From positions 1-62,416 of the forward strand of contig JAMCYU010000008.1 in the NCBI GenBank assembly GCA_023473585.1: DNA of 62,416 nucleotides. The letters are read 5' to 3'. The stretch's first letter is position 1; the number at the start of each line of letters is the position of its first letter. The DNA is from Patescibacteria group bacterium. GTDB taxonomy: Bacteria > Patescibacteriota > Microgenomatia > JAMCYU01. This document shows positions 35,446-44,502 of the stretch, one piece after another. Below the pieces are notes generated by a model. The model made no database searches, was not told where the DNA came from, and was given only the letters and a program-made list of their open reading frames with translations. Position numbers and translations under genes: made by a program.

Positions 35446-36510
35446 TTATTTCGTTTTTCTTTCGCGTTTTTTTAATTCCTCTACGCCATCACAATATCCA
35501 TTAATGTATCCCTGTCTTTCCCTGATTCTCGCCGCCAAAACATGAAAAAGAACGACCACGATTAAACCGATAAGTAAAAGCGCTAGTCCCTGATCTTGAA
35601 TTTCCGAAAAAGGATTCAGTTGATCTTTAACTTCTTTATACGGAACCGAAATCAGCAAAAACCATAATTGTTGATCGATTTTTACCGGCGCATAACCGAT
35701 AAGTGCTTTATATGATTGATCGTCAGGATAATTTAATTCCGTTATCACGCTTCCTTCTTCTTCTTTTGTCAAATTAGTCGCCAAATTTGGATTGCTATTT
35801 AGTAGATTAATACCCGGATTTCCCGCTATTGACGAAGCCACGATTTCTCCTCCCTTATTTAAAAGCGTTTGCACCGAATACGGAGATATGGTTAAGGGCT
35901 TAACGTATTTTTCTACTAAATCTTTCGTGGTCACAACGGCGTAAAGAACTCCGTTAAATTGGTTCTTGTAAAAAAGCGGGGTTGTAATCAGGATGATCCA
36001 AGTCCCCTTTGCCGGGCCCGTCCTGGCGATAACCGGTACTGAAACATACACTTTTCCTCCTTGGGTCTGACTTTTCGCCCAAAGGAAATACTCACGGTCC
36101 GAAAGATCAGTTCCTTCACCTACTTTTTGTTTCTGGGGATTTTCCGACCAAACAATTTTACCGTTTTTATCAATAACACCAAGGCTGGTTATGGGCCGGT
36201 CAATCATTTCCTGCACAAATGTTTGGGTAATTGCCCTGCCTTTTACCGGATCCAAGGATTTTATTTCTTCAATATTGGCCAAAAGTAATAATTTTGTTTT
36301 TCGGGACTCGAAAAAATCACTGATAGCCAAAGCTCCGGCGCGCGCCAAAATCAATTCGCGCGTTTTGGCTCTTTCCGAAAGGATTTGTTCGGCTTTTTTG
36401 GTCGAATTCCAGAAAAGAAAAACCCCAATTGTCGTCATTATTACCAGAATCACCCCTAAAAACACCTGAAGAGAGGAGGTTTTTAAAAAACAACCAACTT
36501 TCTTTACCAT
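35446..36510 (-). CDS. Cache-like extracytoplasmic sensor domain membrane protein without an output domain
   Basis: TM, ~260-aa Cache-like region (REYFLWAK, PLFYKNQFNGVLYAVVTTKDL), TM, then a short tail. The ATG at 36510 is preferred over the TTG at 36546. Confidence 0.65.
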   Translation of the reverse strand: MVKKVGCFLKTSSLQVFLGVILVIMTTIGVFLFWNSTKKAEQILSERAKTRELILARAGALAISDFFESRKTKLLLLANIEEIKSLDPVKGRAITQTFVQEMIDRPITSLGVIDKNGKIVWSENPQKQKVGEGTDLSDREYFLWAKSQTQGGKVYVSVPVIARTGPAKGTWIILITTPLFYKNQFNGVLYAVVTTKDLVEKYVKPLTISPYSVQTLLNKGGEIVASSIAGNPGINLLNSNPNLATNLTKEEEGSVITELNYPDDQSYKALIGYAPVKIDQQLWFLLISVPYKEVKDQLNPFSEIQDQGLALLLIGLIVVVLFHVLAARIRERQGYINGYCDGVEELKKRERKTK

Positions 36511-36542
36511 GTTTCTATCGTAACATTTTGAAAAATTAAAAG

Positions 36543-37946
36543 TCAAACTTTGAGGCTTGGCAGAAAATATCTTTTGCCGGCATTATAGAGAAGTTTAAGG
36601 TTTAACCAGTTATCAAGGCGTTTTACTTCTTGAAAAATTCGGCTCGGTCTTAAATAAAACTTCCGGTAGGCTTCGCGCCATTTTTGGGAAACCAACTCCG
36701 GATTTACCTCTCCCAAAACAAACATCCCCTTTCCTTCCAAAATGCCAAAGTCATCCCAATCCGTATTTAAAAGTTGACCGTTTTTTAAAATTTCTTCGTA
36801 CAACGGGGCTCCGGGAAAGGGAGTCGCAATGCTAAAATGGGCTATATTTGGATTAAGTTTAAGCGCAAATTTAATCGTTTGTTCCATGGTTTTTGCGTTT
36901 TCGTCTAAATTCCCGAACATAAAAAAACCCATGGTCTCAAGTCCTGCAATCTTGGCCAACTTAAAAGCCTTTTCAATTTGAAAAAGAGTCAGTTGTTTTT
37001 GAATCTTATCCAAAATCTTTTGCAACCCGCTCTCTACCCCAAAAGCCACTCTTTTGCAACCCGCTTGTTTCATTTTTTTGAGAAGTACCAGATCAACTTT
37101 ATCCGCCCTAATCCCGTTATTGGTAATCCACGGCACTTTATTTAAACCTTTTTTAGTTAACAAATCACAGATTCTAAGAGCTCTTTTGCGATCCAGATTA
37201 AAAACATCGTCCTGAACGCCGATTTCCGTTGCCCCCATATCTTTAATTAAATATTCCCACTCCTCCGCGACTTTTTCCGCGCTTTTTGGTCTCCACGTAC
37301 GGCCGCAAATTCCCTTAAAACAATAAACGCATCCGTAAGGACAACCCCGCGAGGTCATGATGTAAAAAGCTCTATCTTTATCGGTTTGCCGGTCGCGCAA
37401 TGGCTGAGTAACGCTGTATTTTTCAATTTGGAAAAGGTTGTATGCGGGAAAAGGCAAATCATCGAGATTTTTCTTAAGCGGCCGAGTAGGATTATGAACA
37501 ATTTTCCCTTTATTTTTAAAAGACAAACCAAAAATATTTTCTTTTTTTCTTTGACCGTTAAGCATGGATATGATTTCCAAAATGGCTTCTTCCCCTTCAC
37601 CTCTTACCACCATATCAATTCCCTTTTGTTTTAGGGATTCATCGGGCATTGCGCTGGGGTGCGGTCCGCCCAAAACAATGAGTGCCCGAGAATATTTCTT
37701 AATTTGTAAGGATAACTCCCAGGCGTTTTTAACCAAAGGCGTTGTTGCCGAAAGACCAACGAGGTCAAATTTATTTTTTTTGAGAAGGGATTTTAAAGAT
37801 TGTGGCGGTTCAATCGCCGTATCGCAAACCGTAACTTCATGTCCCGCTCTTAATAAAACCGCGCCAATGGAGGCTAGTCCCAGAGGAATTTGTTTAGGCA
37901 TATTCCAGATTTTGGCTTGAGGATAGACTAAAAGAATTTTCATCTT
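36543..37946 (-). CDS. B12-binding (class B) radical SAM enzyme
   Basis: MKILLVYPQ..PLGLASIGAVL forms the B12-binding domain. SRGCPYGCVYC. Confidence 0.85.
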   Translation of the reverse strand, partial: KMKILLVYPQAKIWNMPKQIPLGLASIGAVLLRAGHEVTVCDTAIEPPQSLKSLLKKNKFDLVGLSATTPLVKNAWELSLQIKKYSRALIVLGGPHPSAMPDESLKQKGIDMVVRGEGEEAILEIISMLNGQRKKENIFGLSFKNKGKIVHNPTRPLKKNLDDLPFPAYNLFQIEKYSVTQPLRDRQTDKDRAFYIMTSRGCPYGCVYCFKGICGRTWRPKSAEKVAEEWEYLIKDMGATEIGVQDDVFNLDRKRALRICDLLTKKGLNKVPWITNNGIRADKVDLVLLKKMKQAGCKRVAFGVESGLQKILDKIQKQLTLFQIEKAFKLAKIAGLETMGFFMFGNLDENAKTMEQTIKFALKLNPNIAHFSIATPFPGAPLYEEILKNGQLLNTDWDDFGILEGKGMFVLGEVNPELVSQKWREAYRKFYLRPSRIFQEVKRLDNWLNLKLLYNAGKRYFLPSLKV

Positions 37947-39280
37947 GTTTTTTCCATAAGTAGATAATGGTGGTGAGCCAAAAAGAACTTTAACCATTTT
38001 GGCCAGTTTTCAAACCGGCTTTCCTTAATTTTTTCAATTTTACTTTTTAAAAAAGGCAAATTTCGGAAATATTTCCCGGTTTCGTAAACATCCAAGATAA
38101 ACCACGGGATATCAAACACCCCAAGTTCCCTAATCTCCCAAACTCCAGCCTTCCTAAAAGTCTGCTTTGCCGACCAACCCGACATTTTGCTCAATTGTCC
38201 ATGATCCCACTTTTTTCCTGATAAAAAATGAAACAACCAATGGATCAAAACTCCCGGGTTCAAATAATTTTGAGTAATTATTAAGACGTACTTATTAGTT
38301 AAATCAGCCATACTTTTAATAAATTCATGGGTATCAGTTGTCTGCTCGAAGGCGCAAAAGTTCCAAACCAAATCAGGTTTTGTTTGCCTCTTGGGTATTT
38401 TAAAAACCTTTCTTTCTCCTAGAAGCTGATTTTGAGGATATTCCAAGACCGATTTAATCTTATATTTATTAATCATTTTGACCGCAATTTTTTCTAAAAT
38501 ATATTTTTCGTATTCTGTCCCGAATCCTAAATCGGCTGGCTTTTTTTGACCCGTTATAAAGACAATCGAACCAAAGTTATTAACAAACGGCAGTTTTTCG
38601 AAAAAATCATTTAACTTTTTTGAAAATTGCTTCTCCAAAAAACCTACGGGCGGCATTCTCAAGGGTAAATGTTTTTGTTTTTCGATATTCCAGCTATCAG
38701 CAAAAACTTCATCGCAAAGTTTAAGATCAACAAAGGTTTCTTCCGGCGAGCCGCATCCGGATATTTTTTGATATTTTTTTTCGCCCATTAAAAGAATCGC
38801 AAAACGGCGGGTTAAATAATAAGGTAAGTTCAAACTCCATTTGGTCGGTTCGCTGATGAAAACTTGTCCTCCGGTTTTTAAAACGCGGGCAATCTCCTCA
38901 AGGGCCTTCTTTTGATTCTCTAGATGATGAAGCACCCCTACCATGTAAACAAAATCAAAGCTTTGGTCCGGAAATAGCAGGTTTTCCGCATCCCCAACCA
39001 CCAGTTTTACCTTACCTTTATTTTCCTTAAGAAGAACCGGACTGATATCTAAAGCCGTAACTTCATTATCTTTATCAAAAAGACTTAAAAACTCGCTTCT
39101 TCCCGCCCCGATTTCCAAAATTTTTTTCTTTTTAAAATGATATTTTTCTAATTCTTGAGTAATTTTTTGTTTTAAATAAACAAAGTACGGCCGAGACATC
39201 AGTTCTTCGTATGCGGTTAGGTCTGAAAAGGTTTTAATTTCTTTTTTCTTCCTTGGACTTAACTTATAAATATTTTTCAT
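37940..39280 (-). CDS. Class I SAM-dependent methyltransferase with an extra C-terminal domain (446 aa)
   Basis: ILEIGAGRSEF..LDISP..GDAENL. Confidence 0.75.
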   Translation of the reverse strand: MKNIYKLSPRKKKEIKTFSDLTAYEELMSRPYFVYLKQKITQELEKYHFKKKKILEIGAGRSEFLSLFDKDNEVTALDISPVLLKENKGKVKLVVGDAENLLFPDQSFDFVYMVGVLHHLENQKKALEEIARVLKTGGQVFISEPTKWSLNLPYYLTRRFAILLMGEKKYQKISGCGSPEETFVDLKLCDEVFADSWNIEKQKHLPLRMPPVGFLEKQFSKKLNDFFEKLPFVNNFGSIVFITGQKKPADLGFGTEYEKYILEKIAVKMINKYKIKSVLEYPQNQLLGERKVFKIPKRQTKPDLVWNFCAFEQTTDTHEFIKSMADLTNKYVLIITQNYLNPGVLIHWLFHFLSGKKWDHGQLSKMSGWSAKQTFRKAGVWEIRELGVFDIPWFILDVYETGKYFRNLPFLKSKIEKIKESRFENWPKWLKFFLAHHHYLLMEKTR

Positions 39281-39827
39281 TCTTTAACTCAACAGTTAAC
39301 TGTGGCGTCTTTTTAAACAAAATCCCTTTCATGCCTAAATTTATTGCGGCTTCAAGTTTTATTTTATCGTCATCAATATAAAGACACTCTCTTGGTATTA
39401 CCCCAAGCTTTTGACAAATAAGAAGATAAATTTCCGGGTCTGGTTTCATAAGTCCTGTCTCTCCCGAACAAATCATCATATCAAAGTACTTATCAAGGGA
39501 AAATCGGTTAACCGCATCTTCGAGAAAAGCTTTCGGACAATTCCCTAAAAGTCCCAACTTGTATTTCGGCCTTAATTTTTTAACCAAAGACAATATTCCT
39601 TCTACCGGAATGCTTTGTAAGTAATATTCTTGCCGTGTTTTTTCCTCCCACTTTATATCCTTTCCTAATTCCTGTGCCCATTTTTGCCAAAATTGTTTTT
39701 CCGAAGTTTCTCCCCGCCAAAAAGGCTGCCATATTTCCAACGATAAAATCTTTTCCCTTTTAACAATTGGGTTTAGACCGTTTTTAATGATGGTGTCGTG
39801 GAAATCAAAAATTATCGCTTTAATCAT
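39264..39827 (-). CDS. HAD-superfamily hydrolase
   Basis: IIFDFHDTI (DxD) and YIDDD. Confidence 0.8.
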   Translation of the reverse strand: MIKAIIFDFHDTIIKNGLNPIVKREKILSLEIWQPFWRGETSEKQFWQKWAQELGKDIKWEEKTRQEYYLQSIPVEGILSLVKKLRPKYKLGLLGNCPKAFLEDAVNRFSLDKYFDMMICSGETGLMKPDPEIYLLICQKLGVIPRECLYIDDDKIKLEAAINLGMKGILFKKTPQLTVELKNEKYL

Positions 39828-40870
39828 GCTTTTAAAAAATTTGCCCCAACGGTTATTAAGGTTTTTGGGCTTAAAAGAATATTAGTATAGCTAACATTAG
39901 CTAAAGGACAATAACATTTTTTATTCCTAATTGATTTTCGAACTAAATCACTTTTAGGCGAAAACCAGATTTTCTTAAAATCAAAATTGTTCTCTTTCAG
40001 GTTCCCTAAAATATCCGCCCGGACACAGCAAGGCCAGATATCGCCGTTTGAAGCAATTTGCGCTGAAGCTAAACCGGCGTAGCAAGGAATAACCTGTCTT
40101 TGTTCTTTTAAGAACTTCATAACCAAATCGTAATAAACAAGCCGGAAGGCCCGCTGTATTCTGGGTAAAATCGCCAATTTTTCCTTCTTCATTCTGGTTT
40201 TTAAATAGTTAATAGCTGTTTTATAATCCCGCAACGAAGGTTGTATTTTATTACTCAAATTATCGAGTTCGACCCGATTCTCCGCGATTTCCGTAATGTA
40301 TGAATCAGGCTTTAACGTGTCTAAAACATAGTCGGTAATCCTTGGAAATTCCTTAACATTATTTTTAGAAATAACGGTATGAATACCGATCGTCAGATTT
40401 CTCTTTTTCAGTTTTTTTAGTAAAGATAACGTTTTGACTGTTTTATCGAAATTACCCTTAATCCCCCTGGCCTGGTCGTGCTTTTCCCTTATTCCATCAA
40501 GCGATAAATTAATCACAAAATTTGTTTTGGGATTGGCCTTGGTAATTTTTCCAACATCATTAACAATCTTTTCTGTTAATAAGCCATTAGAGGGAATGTT
40601 TATAATTTTTGGGTTGCCTATCCGGCATAAATCACTAACAATTTCCATAAGATCAGCCCGCAAGAAGGGTTCTCCGCCAGATAATGTCACCCAATAAGGA
40701 GAATGTCCCAGTGATTGAAAAATCCGTTTCCACTCTTCTTTTGTTAGTTCAACCGTAGCTTTTTTTTGCCAAATATTGCAGGTTAAACAGCGGGAATTAC
40801 ACTTATTAGTTAAGCTGAAGGTATAACTTAAGGGCAGAATTTTAAAAAAAGAAAAAATTTTAAACAACAT
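39824..40870 (-). CDS. Radical SAM protein with a SPASM/twitch-type C-terminal Cys cluster
   Basis: CNSRCLTCNIW, CYAGLASAQIASNGDIWPCC and CYCP. The start at M23 (40870) is preferred. Confidence 0.8.
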   Translation of the reverse strand: MLFKIFSFFKILPLSYTFSLTNKCNSRCLTCNIWQKKATVELTKEEWKRIFQSLGHSPYWVTLSGGEPFLRADLMEIVSDLCRIGNPKIINIPSNGLLTEKIVNDVGKITKANPKTNFVINLSLDGIREKHDQARGIKGNFDKTVKTLSLLKKLKKRNLTIGIHTVISKNNVKEFPRITDYVLDTLKPDSYITEIAENRVELDNLSNKIQPSLRDYKTAINYLKTRMKKEKLAILPRIQRAFRLVYYDLVMKFLKEQRQVIPCYAGLASAQIASNGDIWPCCVRADILGNLKENNFDFKKIWFSPKSDLVRKSIRNKKCYCPLANVSYTNILLSPKTLITVGANFLKA

Positions 40871-41747
40871 TGAGGTTTTTTGTTGATTCCACCCTGTCCC
40901 AAATAGTGTGCTTATTTTTTTGAAAATGATAATCATAAGTCCCGAGGATTCTGGCCATCATTTCCAATAAAGCCACGGCTGGCGACCAGATTAAATATTT
41001 AAAATCAGGCTTTAAAACTTTTACCCAAGCAAGAAGAGTTTTTCTTAAACCTAAAGTAGAAACTTGATAACCTTGAATTTTTTTTAAAGCTAAATGGCCG
41101 CTATAGATTCTTCTTCTTTGCTTCATAAATTCGAATAAATTCTCTGTCCCTTTATTTAAAACAATCGCGTCGGGAACGTATTTAAGAGTGTACCCTTGAC
41201 CAACAATTAAAGGTTCAACCGTGGCTTCGTCAACGGCCGAAGCGTAAGGAATTCTTTCAAAGATTTTCCGGTAAGCCACCATCTCCCCCATTTTTGGGGA
41301 CATTAAAGCCACTTGGTGATGAAGCTCCCATAAAAGGTGGGCGGCAAAACCAAAGAAATGATCTTGAGGGTCTGAAGGAATCGGCCGGGCTCCGGTCATC
41401 CCGATTCTTGGATTGGAAAATGGCCTTGCCAATTTTTCAATTACATCCTCCTGTGGAATCGTGTCCGCCCCGGCGCAAACCACAATTTTCCCTTTGGCAT
41501 GTTTTAGAAATAAATTAACGGCCGAAGATTTCCCCAAACGTTCTTTTTGAATCAAGAGTTTGATTCTTTTGTCGGTTTTGGCCAGGCGTTTAACAATGGG
41601 AATTGTCTTGTCAGTGCAACCAGAAGCCACGACAAATATTTCCTTAATCTGGGCTTTATTAAGTTCTTGTGACAGTATGGCCTCAAGGCAACGGGCAATG
41701 TTTTGTTCCTCGTTGTAAGCCATCACGCCGATACTTGCTTCAATCAT
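40860..41747 (-). CDS. Family 2 glycosyltransferase (soluble, ~295 aa)
   Basis: IGVMAYNEEQNI and CAGADTIP. The start MIEASIG makes an ATGA overlap with the upstream stop. Confidence 0.85.
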   Translation of the reverse strand: MIEASIGVMAYNEEQNIARCLEAILSQELNKAQIKEIFVVASGCTDKTIPIVKRLAKTDKRIKLLIQKERLGKSSAVNLFLKHAKGKIVVCAGADTIPQEDVIEKLARPFSNPRIGMTGARPIPSDPQDHFFGFAAHLLWELHHQVALMSPKMGEMVAYRKIFERIPYASAVDEATVEPLIVGQGYTLKYVPDAIVLNKGTENLFEFMKQRRRIYSGHLALKKIQGYQVSTLGLRKTLLAWVKVLKPDFKYLIWSPAVALLEMMARILGTYDYHFQKNKHTIWDRVESTKNLNVV

Positions 41748-44494
41748 TCGTCTTCCTTTCCTAACCAAGCGATTTTATCACTTTTAAGATTTTTCATCTG
41801 CCGTCTTTTAATGATTTTCTCCTCAAGGAAAAAATAAATAATTGTCCAAAGGATCGTTAAAAAGCTAAGGATAAATAACACCCACCCTATTTTGTTCCCA
41901 TTATAAGTAATATTGACTTTTAAATCCCCAGTTGTTCCTTCTGGTACTCTTACGTACATAAAATAAGGTCCGGCCCGATAGACGCTTAAATCCGCCTTCT
42001 TTGGCAATAAAAGTTTACTTCCCCAACCTTCCCAATAATTTTCTTTAAAAAGGACGCCTCTAAATCCTTTTCCGGAAACCTGGACGTGCTCGTTATCAGA
42101 TCTTTGAACGTTGACCCCATTCAAATCTTCTTCTTTTTGTAAAGGAACCATTTCCGAAAGAAGATTTTTAAAAAATTTGGCTTCTTCCGTATTCAGATAA
42201 TAAATAAAATGGTACGGCAGATTAAGACCGCTCCAAATTACCTGCCCATTACCCAACTTGCCTTGAGCTAAAATTATTTTGTCACCCTGTGATAAAACGG
42301 GCTTCGCCCAAGAACGAAGATCGCCGGAAGCGTAAGATAATTTCCAAGGGGCTTCTTCGTAAGCCAGTTTCGAAAATTGCGAAAAATCAATCCCTTTAAT
42401 CATTGGACTGTCGCCAAAACTTAAGGCCCAATTTCCACCCAAGTTTTCTCTTTTGGTTTTTTCTATCGGGAAAACCGCAGGCAATTGGTCTAGTTTTTTA
42501 AAAGACAATAAACTTGAATCCGACTCAATAACCTCGCCTCCGGTCTCAATAAAGAGTTTTCCGCCTTTCTTAACCCAATCTTCAATTTTTTTCCAAGAGG
42601 CCCGCGGCCGGACGTTAAAATCTTTTTCGTTTTTATATTGATAGCTGTATAAAATAATCGCGTCGAAATCGTCCAAATTCATTTTGGCTAAATCTTCAAT
42701 ATATTCCGGACCATGAATTGGCACCAGATAACGTGAATTTAAATTTTCCGTGGCCAGTAGTTTCAAGAAAGTATCATAGGCGACGGTACTGCCCACCAGC
42801 AGTACGGAAGGAACGTTTGTAGCTTTGATAATCGGCGAAGTAAGGTTATCAAAAAATTTCATCGGGTAAAGCGGTTCCGAGTTTTCCTTATTAAGAACGG
42901 CTTCAAACTCAACCACGCCTGGATCATTTTTCAAATAATCCGCCAAGGGCAAACCGTAGATATCCAAATAGCGGATGGCGTACCAGTCAATTAAAAATAA
43001 GGCATGCTGTTTGGCAATCACCTCCGAGATATTAAAATGCCAAACGTATTCGCCTAAAATTGTCTGGTCAACCCAATAAATCCAATCATTAACCTTAGAG
43101 GTCATAATCCCGTAATAACCCTTAATCAGGGGTAAAGAAAAGACCGAATTCCACCAAGTCTGTATTCCGGGAGTAATCTCGTAATACCGATAATCTTTCG
43201 TTTCCGTATCCAGCCACGGCGGAACCATTACTTTTTTCACCTCTTCCTTATCCCCTCGAATAGCCGCCGGCATGGCGTTTGAGGGATATCCGTTTTGGCT
43301 AAGATGATCTTCAAAATTCTTTTTGAAACTCGGGAGTGTAAGCGAAAGAAAAATCGGCATAAAAATAATTAAAGTCAAAAAGACCCCTTTGCTTTTACTA
43401 AACCAGGATTGACCCTCAATTTTGGGAAAAATAATTCTCCAAAAAACCGCAATCAGCCCAGCGATGGCCAAGCTGCTAATCCACCAAAACCGGCCGGGAC
43501 CAAGCGCTTGCGATAAAGGATGACGGCCGATAAAAAGAAGAAAACAAGAAAAGGAAATATAGATTAAAATTGTCAAAAAGGGCAGAGCCTTAAACGCTTC
43601 TTTTAACTTTCTTTTGAAAACGAGCAGGACGCCAAAAAGGAAAAACAAACCCCACAAATAGGGGTTAGCGCTGGAAAAAAGACCAATAATGGCGTCGCTT
43701 TGAATTTTTGTCTCAAAACCAACTTGAGCCCACGCCACGCCGTTTTTTTTGTAATCCAGCATCAAATAAACAATGGGGTAAAGAGTTACTAGTCCGATAA
43801 AAAAACTGGTGGCGACAAAAATAACCATCTCTTTTCTTCTGGAAAAAGAAATTAATTTGGTTTCATCAATTCTCGTTATTAAAAACAAAGCCGCCGGCGC
43901 CAGACTTAAAATCAGAAACGAACCGGCGTGTCCAAGCGCGGATAATCCCACCATAAGTCCGGCCAAGAGAAGAAATTTTTTTTTCTTACTATTAAAATAT
44001 TTTAACAGTAACCACAGGGTTAAAGGCAAAAACATTCTGGTGGCCGTAAAGGTCGCCGTGCCGCCGTCAAAAAGACCGATGTAAAAATCGACTGAGGAAA
44101 TCAAGCCAAAAGTTAAAGCCGCCGAAACGAGAATGCTTCCGGAAATTTCAAAAAATAACAAATAGGAAAAAAGGGCTTGCGCCACCATGGTTAAAGTCAG
44201 ATAAATTCGGCTGGCATCAATAACTGATAAAAAATTGGTCAAGGGCAAGGTTAAATAAAAATGCAGCCAGGCATTGTCAAAAACAGAAGGAGAACCGCCG
44301 TACCAAATATATTTCCAAGATAAGGGCGGAATTTTAAGATCATTTTTTAATTGAGCCACAAAAGTGGGAAATTGCAAAAAATCAGCCCCCATGGGCGGAG
44401 AAATAAGATTGTAGGATTTTAAAATAGGAAGCCATAAGGCCAAAATTAAACCAAAAACGGCTAAATGCAAAAAGGGAGAGATAATTTTTTTCAT
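41744..44494 (-). CDS. GT-C/YfhO-like polytopic membrane protein with a large ectodomain and a C-terminal TM anchor (916 aa)
   Basis: ~13 N-terminal TM helices, with GAD in the first loop. Then a ~450-aa ectodomain, a last TM, KRRQ and the acidic tail WLGKEDE. The fold call is an inference. Confidence 0.55.
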   Translation of the reverse strand: MKKIISPFLHLAVFGLILALWLPILKSYNLISPPMGADFLQFPTFVAQLKNDLKIPPLSWKYIWYGGSPSVFDNAWLHFYLTLPLTNFLSVIDASRIYLTLTMVAQALFSYLLFFEISGSILVSAALTFGLISSVDFYIGLFDGGTATFTATRMFLPLTLWLLLKYFNSKKKKFLLLAGLMVGLSALGHAGSFLILSLAPAALFLITRIDETKLISFSRRKEMVIFVATSFFIGLVTLYPIVYLMLDYKKNGVAWAQVGFETKIQSDAIIGLFSSANPYLWGLFFLFGVLLVFKRKLKEAFKALPFLTILIYISFSCFLLFIGRHPLSQALGPGRFWWISSLAIAGLIAVFWRIIFPKIEGQSWFSKSKGVFLTLIIFMPIFLSLTLPSFKKNFEDHLSQNGYPSNAMPAAIRGDKEEVKKVMVPPWLDTETKDYRYYEITPGIQTWWNSVFSLPLIKGYYGIMTSKVNDWIYWVDQTILGEYVWHFNISEVIAKQHALFLIDWYAIRYLDIYGLPLADYLKNDPGVVEFEAVLNKENSEPLYPMKFFDNLTSPIIKATNVPSVLLVGSTVAYDTFLKLLATENLNSRYLVPIHGPEYIEDLAKMNLDDFDAIILYSYQYKNEKDFNVRPRASWKKIEDWVKKGGKLFIETGGEVIESDSSLLSFKKLDQLPAVFPIEKTKRENLGGNWALSFGDSPMIKGIDFSQFSKLAYEEAPWKLSYASGDLRSWAKPVLSQGDKIILAQGKLGNGQVIWSGLNLPYHFIYYLNTEEAKFFKNLLSEMVPLQKEEDLNGVNVQRSDNEHVQVSGKGFRGVLFKENYWEGWGSKLLLPKKADLSVYRAGPYFMYVRVPEGTTGDLKVNITYNGNKIGWVLFILSFLTILWTIIYFFLEEKIIKRRQMKNLKSDKIAWLGKEDE

Positions 44495-44502
44495 TTTAGT
44501 TT

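Noticed and set aside
673-41747. Alternative genetic code with UGA as a sense codon, prompted by the in-frame TGA at 9098-9100
   Set aside because: TGA terminates many well-delimited genes here, often in ATGA overlaps (673-676, 25639-25642, 41744-41747, 4477-4479). The standard code 11 fits.
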